From an uncultured Alphaproteobacteria bacterium (GTDB taxonomy: Bacteria > Pseudomonadota > Alphaproteobacteria > Rs-D84), in assembly GCA_963931495.1 (NCBI GenBank), contig OZ007020.1:210001-242000 (forward strand): a stretch of DNA of 32,000 bases. The letters are read 5' to 3'. The first letter of the stretch is position 1; each line of letters starts with the position of its first letter. The notes under the pieces are model-generated. The model did not search any database and was not told where the DNA came from. It saw nothing but the letters and a program-made list of their open reading frames with translations. Positions 15,837 to 26,446 of this stretch are shown one piece after another. The translations under genes were made by a program, and so were the position numbers.

Positions 15837-18053
15837 ATGTGTAAATGGCGTGGTATATTTTTTGTGTTGGTTGTTTTGTTGGTTAATATTTCGCAGTATG
15901 CGTATTGCGCCACCCAGCGCCCCAGCCGTTCGGTGGTAAAGTCTGGGACGACAACGGCCAGAAATGCGGCCAGTACAATAAATGATACTTCGTCACGTGT
16001 TGTCGCGCGCAGTGCCACCACTGCCACGGTGCAAAAGAATGCAAACAGTGGTACGCATGTGGCGACAAGAACAGTTCAAAATCGTGCAAAAACACGCGCG
16101 GTGGTGGCACGTAATACAACAAATACAAACACGGTGGAAAAGACGACTGTATCATCGGTGATTGATGCAATGACCGAACAAAAAAATATGACCGATTTTT
16201 GCAAGGCGCAATATACGGCATGTATGGATAATTTCTGTAATGTTTTGGATGACAACCAGGGGCGTTGCAGTTGCAGTGCGAATTTAAGCAATTATGCCGA
16301 GACTGAGGCAGCGTTAAAAGAAGCCACGGAACGTCTGCAAGACGTTGCGCAACAAATTCAATACATTGGACTGACGGCGGACCAGGTTGAATCACTGTTT
16401 ACCGAAACAGCGGCCGAAGCAGAATTATCTGGGTCAACGGATAACAGTCAATTAATGAACAGTCTGGAATCCATACGTGACATGATAATAGATGTTGAAT
16501 CTGGTCGTGCGCGTTCAAATGCATCCAGTGGATTAAGTTTTGATTTAAGTGGTCTGTTGGACTTTTCTTTGGACAGTTCTGGATTTGATTTAGCGAGTTT
16601 GTTTGGTAATTCTGGTGTTGACACCAGCAGTATCAGCAACCAGCGTGGTGAAGATTTGTATGAAACGGCGGCTGCGCGTTGCAAGGCGTCTGTATTGAAC
16701 AGTTGTCAATCCCAGGGTGTTGATATATCAGTGATAACGAATTCGTATGATTTGGAAATAGACAAGGCGTGTATTGTATACGAACGGTCACTGACGGATG
16801 CGAACGACCAGATGTCTGCGACGGTTCGCAATGCGACATCGTTACTGCAGCGTGCGCGATTAATGGTTGCGGAACAAAAGAATGCGTATGATTTACGAGA
16901 ATGTGTGACCGAACTGGATTCATGTATGCAAGACGAATTTGTATGTGGTCGTGATTATGAATACTGTCTGGACCCAACCGGTAAGTATATCGTAAATGGC
17001 GATGTTGTCCAGGTTGTTAACCAAGATACAATGATGACAAAGTTTTGGGGTGCGTCTGAACCCAGTGGTGACCGTAATTTTATTACTGCGCATATGAAAG
17101 AAGGGGTCATAGAATTATTGTTGAACAAAATAGGTGACCCGACCGAAAATACTGGTTTATGTAATGCGGTTCTGAACAGGTGTCAACAACAATGGGAAAA
17201 CGAACAATCTGGTAAATATGATACGCTGAACCAGGTATCTTTGGCATATCTGGAAATGATTGTCCCAAGAATGGCAAAGAAACAGAAAGAAATGATTGCT
17301 GATTTTATGGCAAATTGTAAAGACAGCGTTTATTCGTGTATGAGCAAGACCAGGGTGTTGGGCAATGTTGTTCCGCGTCCGACGCAGTCTGTAATCAGTT
17401 TCTTGGGGCCCAGAATAAACGCATGTCGCACGGTCATAGATTCGTGTACAACAATATTAAACATAAGTACAAAAGAACTGTTGGCAGATTGGATACCGCA
17501 GAATGTTTGCCGTGAATATGATTTTGATAATGATGTGTGTTCGTTAAGTGCATTGATGGAACAAAATTGCCTTAATGCGGGTAATTTGTGGATTGATGGT
17601 GCGTGTCAAGACAGTACCGCGTATTATACAAAACTGGCAAGCACGTATGAAGAATTGCCCAGTTATTGTTGGCCTGGTGTTCCTGTTGCTGATTGGCCCG
17701 GGGAAGAGGGGCAGTGGTATGATTGTATTGATAGATGTAATGAACTTAGGGACTTGTTGAAAGATGAGCCGAAACCAATTCCGCCATACGAATACGGTTA
17801 CACCTGGGGCCCATCCCCTGGGAATCACCCTCAATGCACAGGAATCGGATGGTTGTCGGTAAGTGTAATAGATAATGCAGAGTTCTTTTGTTTTGCAAAA
17901 GGATGCTATTTCAATGGTACAACCAGATGTATCAGTGGGTATACCCGGATTTTTGACCCGTGTGGTTTAGGTTTACAAACTGCCGATAATTTTATATGCT
18001 GTCCACCAGATAAAACAGACGAATGTGTACAGCAATACTGTGCAGATGAATAA
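15837..18053 (+). CDS. Large secreted cysteine-rich protein (738 aa), function unknown
   Basis: It has an N-terminal signal peptide (MCKWRGIFFVLVVLLVNISQYAYC/A). An Arg/Thr/Asn-rich low-complexity region follows, with VVAR/ATR quasi-repeats. I counted about 36 Cys from the track translation. C-x6-C pairs recur (CKAQYTAC, CVTELDSC, CNAVLNRC, CKDSVYSC, CRTVIDSC). Confidence 0.75.
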   Translation: MCKWRGIFFVLVVLLVNISQYAYCATQRPSRSVVKSGTTTARNAASTINDTSSRVVARSATTATVQKNANSGTHVATRTVQNRAKTRAVVARNTTNTNTVEKTTVSSVIDAMTEQKNMTDFCKAQYTACMDNFCNVLDDNQGRCSCSANLSNYAETEAALKEATERLQDVAQQIQYIGLTADQVESLFTETAAEAELSGSTDNSQLMNSLESIRDMIIDVESGRARSNASSGLSFDLSGLLDFSLDSSGFDLASLFGNSGVDTSSISNQRGEDLYETAAARCKASVLNSCQSQGVDISVITNSYDLEIDKACIVYERSLTDANDQMSATVRNATSLLQRARLMVAEQKNAYDLRECVTELDSCMQDEFVCGRDYEYCLDPTGKYIVNGDVVQVVNQDTMMTKFWGASEPSGDRNFITAHMKEGVIELLLNKIGDPTENTGLCNAVLNRCQQQWENEQSGKYDTLNQVSLAYLEMIVPRMAKKQKEMIADFMANCKDSVYSCMSKTRVLGNVVPRPTQSVISFLGPRINACRTVIDSCTTILNISTKELLADWIPQNVCREYDFDNDVCSLSALMEQNCLNAGNLWIDGACQDSTAYYTKLASTYEELPSYCWPGVPVADWPGEEGQWYDCIDRCNELRDLLKDEPKPIPPYEYGYTWGPSPGNHPQCTGIGWLSVSVIDNAEFFCFAKGCYFNGTTRCISGYTRIFDPCGLGLQTADNFICCPPDKTDECVQQYCADE

Positions 18054-18057
18054 AACA

Positions 18058-18627
18058 CTATACCATAAATGGCAGGTTTTCCAGCGTGCCTTCGGCAACA
18101 CGAACATTTACATCCAGCATCATAAATATGGTATCTGGGGTGTGTGATATTTCTGGATTAAATATGTGGGTGGATAACAAGTGGCTGGTATTAACAGATA
18201 ACTTGGTTATCAAATGGTCGTCGTCCAGCAATGTATAAATCGGTCCAATATCACGCGGGGTGTTTTCACCGATTTCGTGTTCGTTTTGTGGGCAACGCAA
18301 TCCATCCAGTATCGTTTTTACCCGATTGTCAATATCACTGTGTGGAACACCAACAATTTCGGGGTGCATCATTTGGATATCCAGTTCGGCCAATAATTTC
18401 AAATTTGGCGTTATAATTGGATTCCAATCTATGCCACCAATGTGGCGCGTGGTTATCGGACTTTTGGTCGCAGTTGGTATCATGTATTTTGTCAAGTTAT
18501 CCCACGGTTGATGTTCCAACAGTTTTTTTAATTGTGGATGAAACTGCATCCGTATGTCGGATATATGTTGTGACCGTTTTTTGGGATTAATAAATATTTC
18601 ACCAAAATACAGTAATTTGAATTTCAT
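18058..18627 (-). CDS. Hypothetical protein with a RusA-like (Holliday junction resolvase family) motif
   Basis: HSDIDNRVKTILDGL ... LLDDDHLITKLSV parallels the E. coli RusA segment RRRDLDNLQKAAFDAL...WLDDAQVV. At 189 aa it is larger than the canonical ~120 aa. Confidence 0.4.
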   Translation of the reverse strand: MKFKLLYFGEIFINPKKRSQHISDIRMQFHPQLKKLLEHQPWDNLTKYMIPTATKSPITTRHIGGIDWNPIITPNLKLLAELDIQMMHPEIVGVPHSDIDNRVKTILDGLRCPQNEHEIGENTPRDIGPIYTLLDDDHLITKLSVNTSHLLSTHIFNPEISHTPDTIFMMLDVNVRVAEGTLENLPFMV

Positions 18628-18720
18628 GACCAGAATCCTTTGACTTTATTGGGTTTTATCGTTTTTATTTTAATATCTTTTTATCCCTTTTTTCTTGATA
18701 ATTATAGCATAAATTGCTAA

Positions 18721-21150
<2,430 letters not shown>

Positions 21151-21161
21151 GGCGGAATAAA

Positions 21162-21455
21162 ATGGCGTCTGTAAATGAATTTGGGGAAATTGTGCGCGAT
21201 GCAGAACCACAGCGTGTTGATAATGATGCGCTGTGGCTGGAATATCATAAATTGGAATATGAGATTTTTTCCCACAATGATAAAAGTCCAGAAAAATTGA
21301 CCCGATTTCATGAACTGGAACGGCAATTGGGAATCAGCGAACAAAAAAAGAACGCATTTATCAATGCAAAAAATAAACTGCGTGCATCGGCCCAGCAAAC
21401 GGCGTCTTTGTCGCAAATATTGTCAATGGGCATCGGACAACAGCAAAATGACTAG
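21162..21455 (+). CDS. Small hypothetical protein (97 aa, helical/coiled-coil-like)
   Basis: The ORF starts 11 nt after the gyrB stop codon and has an AAGGCGGA RBS-like sequence upstream. I recognise no family. Confidence 0.4.
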   Translation: MASVNEFGEIVRDAEPQRVDNDALWLEYHKLEYEIFSHNDKSPEKLTRFHELERQLGISEQKKNAFINAKNKLRASAQQTASLSQILSMGIGQQQND

Positions 21456-21460
21456 TATAT

Positions 21461-22129
21461 ATGTTCACGGCGGATTGGTTTTTTAGTCTGGATGAACGTT
21501 TGCGCGAAATGGGAATGGATTCAGATGCGCAATCGTTTGATGAAATACGTCAGAATTTGTCGTGTCGGCGTGTCCTGGGGCCGGATGCGTTCGCAGAAAA
21601 TTGTGTGTATGTAATTTTAGCCGGCGGGTTTTCGCAAAAAACAGCGAAAAAAATTCATGCACAGATTATGGATTTCTTGCGCGCCAATGGTTCAGATTTT
21701 GATGGACTGTTTGCAATATTTCATAATAAAAATAAAATTAACGCAGTGTGCAAAATCTGGGGTAATCGCGTACAAATTCGGGATGAATATTATTCGTTGG
21801 ATAACACTGGTGCGCGTGTGAATTATCTGGCACATTTGCCACATATTGGAAAAATTACGGCAAATCATTTGGCGCGTAACTTGGGCGAAGATGTTGTAAA
21901 ATATGATATATGGATTCAACGTCTGGGCGTGTTATATGCACAAAATCCAATGCTGGGCACGAAAATAGATAATAAAAAGTTATGTCCAGAAATAAAAAGT
22001 GCATGTGATGCGATGTTTGATGATTTGTGTGCCCAGACAGGATTGCCACGCGGATATATTGATGTGGTGTTGTGGAAAAGTTCACAAACTGGCTTGATAA
22101 AGGAATTAAAGCATGAATGTAAAAATTGA
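21461..22129 (+). CDS. HhH-GPD superfamily (endonuclease III-like fold) putative DNA glycosylase
   Basis: [33 protein letters not shown] parallels the EndoIII helix-hairpin-helix segment LPGVGRKTANVVLNTAFG...VDTHIFRV, including the Asp. The upstream segments [16 protein letters not shown] and HNKNKINAV also fit. It overlaps the ung start by 17 nt. Confidence 0.45.
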   Translation: MFTADWFFSLDERLREMGMDSDAQSFDEIRQNLSCRRVLGPDAFAENCVYVILAGGFSQKTAKKIHAQIMDFLRANGSDFDGLFAIFHNKNKINAVCKIWGNRVQIRDEYYSLDNTGARVNYLAHLPHIGKITANHLARNLGEDVVKYDIWIQRLGVLYAQNPMLGTKIDNKKLCPEIKSACDAMFDDLCAQTGLPRGYIDVVLWKSSQTGLIKELKHECKN

Positions 22130-22775
22130 ACAGTCGTGGAAAAATGCACTGGCACCAGAATTTGATAAAGATTATTTCATTAAATTGACAGACTTTGTGC
22201 GTGGGGAATATATGGCGGGGCACGCGGTTTATCCGGCACCGGCAAATATTTTTAATGCGTTTAATTTATGTCCGCTGGATAATGTCAAGGTTGTTATCAT
22301 CGGCCAAGATCCATATCATGAACCAGGCCAAGCGCACGGATTGTGCTTTTCTGTTTTGCCGCCAACACCAATTCCGCCGTCGCTGGTTAATATTTATAAA
22401 GAAATTCAAAATGACCTGGGGCGGCCATCGGTGACGCATGGCGATTTAACGCGGTGGGCCGAACAGGGGGTATTGCTGTTAAATTCAACGTTAACCGTGG
22501 CCGCGCATCAGGCGGCGTCACATGTTGGACGTGGTTGGGAACAATTTACAGATGCAGTTATTCGTGTGGTCGCAGGGCGTGAAAATATTGTCTATATGCT
22601 GTGGGGCAGTTATGCCCAACGCAAGGCAGAATTTGTTGACCAAGATAAAAATCTGGTATTGAAAAGTGTGCACCCGTCACCATTGTCGGCCAGTCGTGGA
22701 TTCTTTGGTAATCACCACTTTTCACGTGCGAACCAGTATCTGGTTGCGCATGGCAAAACACCAATTGAATGGTAG
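22113..22775 (+). CDS. ung: Uracil-DNA glycosylase, family 1
   Basis: The motifs GQDPYH (water-activating loop) and HPSPLSA (Leu-intercalation loop) are present. The 220-aa length is typical. Confidence 0.93.
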   Translation: MNVKIEQSWKNALAPEFDKDYFIKLTDFVRGEYMAGHAVYPAPANIFNAFNLCPLDNVKVVIIGQDPYHEPGQAHGLCFSVLPPTPIPPSLVNIYKEIQNDLGRPSVTHGDLTRWAEQGVLLLNSTLTVAAHQAASHVGRGWEQFTDAVIRVVAGRENIVYMLWGSYAQRKAEFVDQDKNLVLKSVHPSPLSASRGFFGNHHFSRANQYLVAHGKTPIEW

Positions 22776-22800
22776 GCCCGAATTATAAACAAATCTGGAA

Positions 22801-23358
22801 TTAAAAGTTATATGTGAATCCGGCACCGTAAAACGCGTATGAATTATTTTCGTCGGCCGTGTTCGCGTTTGAAAAATGTTGAATGAATAATTCCAGTGCC
22901 CATCGGTCATTTATTTTATATCCACCCATTAATTTGAACTGGAACAATAATTTTGCACCCAGACGTTCGTTTTGTTGTGCCTGTAACCCGACGCCAATAC
23001 CCGTGGCAAAGTACCATTTTTCATTATGGAACAGCGCGATATCTTCGGATAAAAATATCATCGGAATTGTGAATTTTTTCCAATCCCATCCATACTTTTC
23101 ACCCCATCCAATCGTTTGGCCAATATTAATGGATTGACGTGCCGGTAATTTGAAAAATGTTGTCGGTTGCGAATATTGAAAGTGCACAAATGTAAACGGA
23201 ACCCATTGTGTTGGTGGGGGTATAATAAAACCACTGTTTACCCCAGCGCCAAGATGCAACGCAAACTGATTATCATAATTGCCCGTAAATGGGTTGTCTG
23301 ATGCGTGCGCGCACATGGCAAAAAACAGCGAAAAAATTGCAAATGCGACCTTTTTCAT
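22801..23358 (-). CDS. Outer-membrane beta-barrel acyloxyacyl hydrolase, PagL-like lipid A deacylase
   Basis: It has a signal peptide MKKVAFAIFSLFFAMCAHA and alternating beta-strand pattern. The C-terminus is aromatic (FTYNF). An HFSNA motif resembles the PagL His/Ser catalytic motif. Confidence 0.55.
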   Translation of the reverse strand: MKKVAFAIFSLFFAMCAHASDNPFTGNYDNQFALHLGAGVNSGFIIPPPTQWVPFTFVHFQYSQPTTFFKLPARQSINIGQTIGWGEKYGWDWKKFTIPMIFLSEDIALFHNEKWYFATGIGVGLQAQQNERLGAKLLFQFKLMGGYKINDRWALELFIQHFSNANTADENNSYAFYGAGFTYNF

Positions 23359-23438
23359 ACGCAGAATATATAATATATATATAATATTTGCAATATTAAT
23401 TTATTAAAAAATATAATGAATTTTTTGTCGCGACGCAA

Positions 23439-24356
23439 TCAATCGTTATACAGTCCTGTTTCACGGGCAACGCGCCACCAGTGGTCCGAAAATATCGGGC
23501 GACGGTCCGGCGTATGCCATGGTTTAAGCCAGTTGGAATAATGCATAACAACCAGATTATATTTCAAATCGTCAATTTCATATTCACTGTGCGCGCGGAA
23601 TATCCATTTACCCAGCATTGTTTGAAAATTATATTTTAATGGTAAAAATACTATGCGGCCACGCAATGAATAGTTTAATAAATCCTGGTCAGGATTTTTA
23701 TAGCGCTTTATTTGTGATATGCGCAGCCATTTGTCATAGATTTTTTCAGTACGAATTCGTTTCAAATTCATAACCAGAAATCCAGAATTTACATAACCGT
23801 TCGGATAATCGCGTACCGCACCTAATATGTTTTTCCCCATGTCCATGCGATCCAATTCAATCAGGTCATCAAAAAATAGTGTATCTATGTCGGCATAGAT
23901 TACTTTATCAACATCTGGTAACAGTTTTGGCAGCCCCAGTCGCCACCAAACTGCTGCGGGCCAATTGCAACGATATGAATTGTCAAAATCATTCAGTGCG
24001 GTTAAAAATATCACGCGTGATTTTGTGCCATGCGTCATTTTTGATACTGTGCGACGGTGGGCGGTCGGCACCCCGTCATCAACAACGCAATATATGTCGT
24101 AATCACACCGATTTTCTGATGCCATAACCAGCGATTTTATGGAAACACATGCCTGTTTATATCCGTTATCATTAAAGCAAAACGCAACCGAAATCCGATT
24201 TTCATATTTTTTCATCGGTAACCTGGGGCGGGGTGTGGTGGATAATATATTATGAAATCTGATTTTGTCGCGAATTTGCCGACGATTTGTTTTGGTCCAC
24301 CCGAATACAGATGCAACAGTTGCAATTCGTTCACGCTGTTTCCAATTTATACGCAT
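23439..24356 (-). CDS. Glycosyltransferase family 8 (LPS core glycosyltransferase-like)
   Basis: GT8 hallmarks are present: a DxD region YADIDTLFFDD, NSGFLVMNL and DQDLLN. The ATG at complement 24354-24356 is preceded by an AGGGGG RBS and leader copy B. An alternative start is MKKYENR at 24215. Confidence 0.8.
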   Translation of the reverse strand: MRINWKQRERIATVASVFGWTKTNRRQIRDKIRFHNILSTTPRPRLPMKKYENRISVAFCFNDNGYKQACVSIKSLVMASENRCDYDIYCVVDDGVPTAHRRTVSKMTHGTKSRVIFLTALNDFDNSYRCNWPAAVWWRLGLPKLLPDVDKVIYADIDTLFFDDLIELDRMDMGKNILGAVRDYPNGYVNSGFLVMNLKRIRTEKIYDKWLRISQIKRYKNPDQDLLNYSLRGRIVFLPLKYNFQTMLGKWIFRAHSEYEIDDLKYNLVVMHYSNWLKPWHTPDRRPIFSDHWWRVARETGLYND

Positions 24357-24376
24357 ACAGGCCCCCTGATGTTGAA

Positions 24377-24587
24377 TAAAAAGGCCGTCGTTTTTATAAA
24401 GACGGCAGGAGTTTCAACACTATTGTATGCGTAATAGCGCACAGCTTTCGGTATATAACAGTGCACTCCTGCCGTTATAGGGCAGGTGTTTTACGTCCGT
24501 GCAGACGCGCATACAATGGGTGTTGAATCCCAGTATCAGAACCCCTGATACAATTCCTATGATAAAATTGTGTGCGAAAAAAATCAA
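24377..24587 (-). promoter_or_regulatory. Structured RNA leader/sRNA, copy B (promoter + conserved structure + intrinsic terminator)
   Basis: On the minus strand: TTGATT (24587-24582), 17-nt spacer, TATCAT (24564-24559). The conserved block starts TGGGATTCAACACCC (24532-24518). Hairpin CGTC-tgcacg-GACG follows. CCTGCC (24486-24481) pairs with GGCAGG. The long helix is GGCAGGAG (24473-24466) with CTCCTGCC (24411-24404). The terminator is GCCGTC-loop-GACGGC (24406-24384) plus a T-run (24382-24377). Confidence 0.65.
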
Positions 24588-24609
24588 ATTAAAAGCGCGT
24601 ATTTGTTCC

Positions 24610-24637
24610 TTGCATTTAATAAAATCTTTGATATAAT
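24610..24637 (+). promoter_or_regulatory. Sigma70-type promoter of tRNA(CAU)
   Basis: TTGCAT (24610-24615), 16-nt spacer, TATAAT (24632-24637). The -10 ends 10 nt upstream of the tRNA. Confidence 0.65.
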
Positions 24638-24647
24638 GCGGGGCATT

Positions 24648-24724
24648 GGCGGGATAGCTCAGCTGGTTAGAGCAGTGGAATCATAATCCACGTGTCGGGG
24701 GTTCAAGTCCCTCTCCCGCTACCA
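24648..24724 (+). tRNA. tRNA with CAU anticodon (elongator tRNA-Met or lysidine-modified tRNA-Ile2; not resolvable by eye)
   Basis: GGCGGGATAGCTCAGCTGGTTAGAGCAGTGGAATCATAATCCACGTGTCGGGGGTTCAAGTCCCTCTCCCGCTACCA is 77 nt and folds as a cloverleaf. The anticodon loop is ATCATAA. CCA is encoded. Position 1-72 is a G-U pair. Confidence 0.85.
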
Positions 24725-25104
24725 AAATCAGCCGGCGAATGCCGGCGTTTTATTTTGGTGTATATGGGACGCCGAACCCCCGATAAAGGGGGTTCAATCA
24801 AGCAAATAGGCGTGTGGAACACGCCGGTTGTGCAAACAAATTTGCGCAGATACGTTGTGGCATGATATGCCATAACGAATTCACCGAAGTGCTGACCAAA
24901 ATCAGCCGGCGAATGCCGGCGTTTTATTTTGGTGTATATGGGACGCCGAACCCCCGATAAAGGGGGTTCAATCAAGCAAATAGGCGTGTGGAACACGCCG
25001 GTTGTTCAAACAAATTTGCGCAGATACGTTGTGGCATGATATGCCACAACGAATTCACCGAAGTGCTGGCCAAAATCAGCCGGCGAATGCCGGCGTTTTA
25101 TTTT
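24722..25104 (+). repeat. 174-bp tandem repeat (2 full units plus a third terminator module) made of stacked hairpins and rho-independent terminators
   Basis: Units start at 24722, 24896 and 25070, each with CCAAAATCAGCCGGCGAATGCCGGCGTTTTATTTT. The two full units differ at only 3 positions. Each contains the hairpins GAACCCCC-GATAAA-GGGGGTTC, GGCGTGT-GGA-ACACGCC, TGTGCAAA-CAAA-TTTGCGCA and GTTGTGGCAT-GAT-ATGCCA(T/C)AAC. Confidence 0.85.
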
Positions 25105-25106
25105 TA

Positions 25107-25775
25107 TCAGAAATTATTGCCGTTTTTATCATATCGTTTATGAATGCATCCGATGGTTGTTTTATGTACCCCGGGCGTTATTTTATAATATATGTGGCGT
25201 CCATCACGGCGCGATTGCACAAAATCATCGTCGTACAGTTTTTTCAAATACTGTGATGATTTAACTTGGGGGATGCCGGTCCCAGATACAATTTCTGATA
25301 CACATGATTCGCCGTTATATGTTAAGAATTCCAGTATTCGCATCTTGTCATAATTTGCAAATAATTTTATCCTGTTCGCAACCATTGTTGTATAGTCGGT
25401 TGGCAATATTTCTTTATGTCCTGGGCGTAAAAATTTTAACTGGTCGGTCATATGACCAAACAGTTTACGCATGCATACAAATATACTGGCGGGGTATTCA
25501 CGGCATATCTCGTAATACACAAATATTCCGCGACGGTGTGTGCGAACCAGTTCGGCATCACGCATTTTACGCAGGGATTGGGATACAACCATTTGTTCGG
25601 CACCAACGCCGCGGGCAATGGATGATACAGATGACATACCATAAACGTCCAGAAATTCCAAAATGCGCAGCCGCAGTGGATGGGCGATATACGTCAATCC
25701 GCGTACCGCACGTGCCATAACTTGGGTTGGCAGTAATGTTTTTATCTTTACGTCGGGTAAAACGTTTTCTGGCAT
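25107..25775 (-). CDS. Tandem (fused) ArsR/SmtB-family winged-HTH transcriptional regulator
   Basis: Two ArsR-like units sit in one 222-aa polypeptide. Unit 1 is HPLRLRILEFLDVYGMSSVSSIARGVGAEQMVVSQSLRKMRDAELVRTHRRGIFVYYEI. Unit 2 is NYDKMRILEFLTYNGESCVSEIVSGTGIPQVKSSQYLKKLYDDDFVQSRRDGRHIYYKI. Confidence 0.8.
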   Translation of the reverse strand: MPENVLPDVKIKTLLPTQVMARAVRGLTYIAHPLRLRILEFLDVYGMSSVSSIARGVGAEQMVVSQSLRKMRDAELVRTHRRGIFVYYEICREYPASIFVCMRKLFGHMTDQLKFLRPGHKEILPTDYTTMVANRIKLFANYDKMRILEFLTYNGESCVSEIVSGTGIPQVKSSQYLKKLYDDDFVQSRRDGRHIYYKITPGVHKTTIGCIHKRYDKNGNNF

Positions 25776-25842
25776 TCAGTATGTCCTTGTTACTTAAAGT
25801 TAATATAACATTATTTTTATCGGTCGTAAATAAATAATTTGA

Positions 25843-25862
25843 CTTTTTGATATATATCAGAA
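25843..25862. promoter_or_regulatory. Near-perfect 20-bp palindrome, candidate ArsR-type operator in the divergent promoter region
   Basis: tttttGATATATATCagaaa has the perfect core TGATATATATCA at 25848-25859. It lies between the tandem-ArsR gene (minus) and the CxxC membrane protein gene (plus). Confidence 0.4.
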
Positions 25863-25920
25863 ACAATATGTATTGAAATTTATATCTATTGTTTTTTATC
25901 TGGAAGAAAGGGGTGATACT

Positions 25921-26430
25921 ATGAAATCTTGGTCGCGTAAATTTGGGGTTGCGATGCTGGGGCTGGTGCCGACAATGGCGTCTGCGAATCCGGCATGTCC
26001 GATATGTACAATCGCCATCGGTGCGGGGGTTGGTGTCGCAGAATCGTTGGGGGTGCCAACGGCGATTGTTGGAATATGGGCCGGCGCGTTGTTAACACTG
26101 TTGGGTTATTGGTTGATAAAATTTTTTGATAAGCGTGGTTGGAATTTCCCGGGACGTAATGCGTTGCTGATTGTGTTGTCGGTCGCAATGATTGGATTTG
26201 CGTATCTTGGTGATATTCATTACAGTCCTGTTTGGATTTGGCATGTTTTATATCTTGACCCGATATTGTTTGGCGCATTGGTTGGCATGATTGTGTTTAT
26301 ATTGACGGGAAAGTTGTATGATTGGATGAAACGTAAAAATGGCGGACGTGCGCATTTTCCATTTGAACGTGTCGTTTTGCCTGTGGTGGCGTTGGCGTTG
26401 TGCAGTTGGCTGATTTGTTATTGCTATTAA
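25921..26430 (+). CDS. Integral membrane protein with an N-terminal C-P-I-C motif, function unknown
   Basis: This is the internal Met of ORF 25873..26430, preceded by a GAAAGGGG RBS. It has a signal-like N-terminus MKSWSRKFGVAMLGLVPTMASA, then NPACPICT, then about 4 hydrophobic helices. The C-terminus is CSWLICYCY. Confidence 0.6.
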   Translation: MKSWSRKFGVAMLGLVPTMASANPACPICTIAIGAGVGVAESLGVPTAIVGIWAGALLTLLGYWLIKFFDKRGWNFPGRNALLIVLSVAMIGFAYLGDIHYSPVWIWHVLYLDPILFGALVGMIVFILTGKLYDWMKRKNGGRAHFPFERVVLPVVALALCSWLICYCY

Positions 26431-26446
26431 TCAAAAGGGGGCAGGT

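Noticed and set aside
15661-15939. Track ORFs 15661..15939 (+, 92 aa), 15506..15706 (+) and 15767..16027 (-) crossing the intergenic region.
   Set aside because: They run through a promoter, hairpins and a strong terminator. They use non-ATG starts or overlap better-supported genes. I treat them as spurious.
23439-24215. A shorter GT8 start at MKKYENR (complement 24213-24215) instead of 24356.
   Set aside because: It is not excluded. I preferred the longer start because its ATG has a well-spaced AGGGGG RBS right after the leader terminator, whereas the internal Met lacks a clear RBS. I kept it as an alternative.
24703-24996. A 97-aa minus-strand ORF with an internally duplicated sequence (VFHTPICLIEPPLSGVRRPIYTKIKRRHSPADFG x2).
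   Set aside because: The duplication is a by-product of translating the 174-bp tandem repeat. The ORF overlaps the tRNA 3' end, reads through terminator hairpins and has no RBS.
24722-25104. Could the regularly spaced repeats be a CRISPR array?
   Set aside because: The whole 174-bp unit is repeated nearly identically. There are no unique spacers, the repeat is far longer than a CRISPR repeat, and no cas genes are present.
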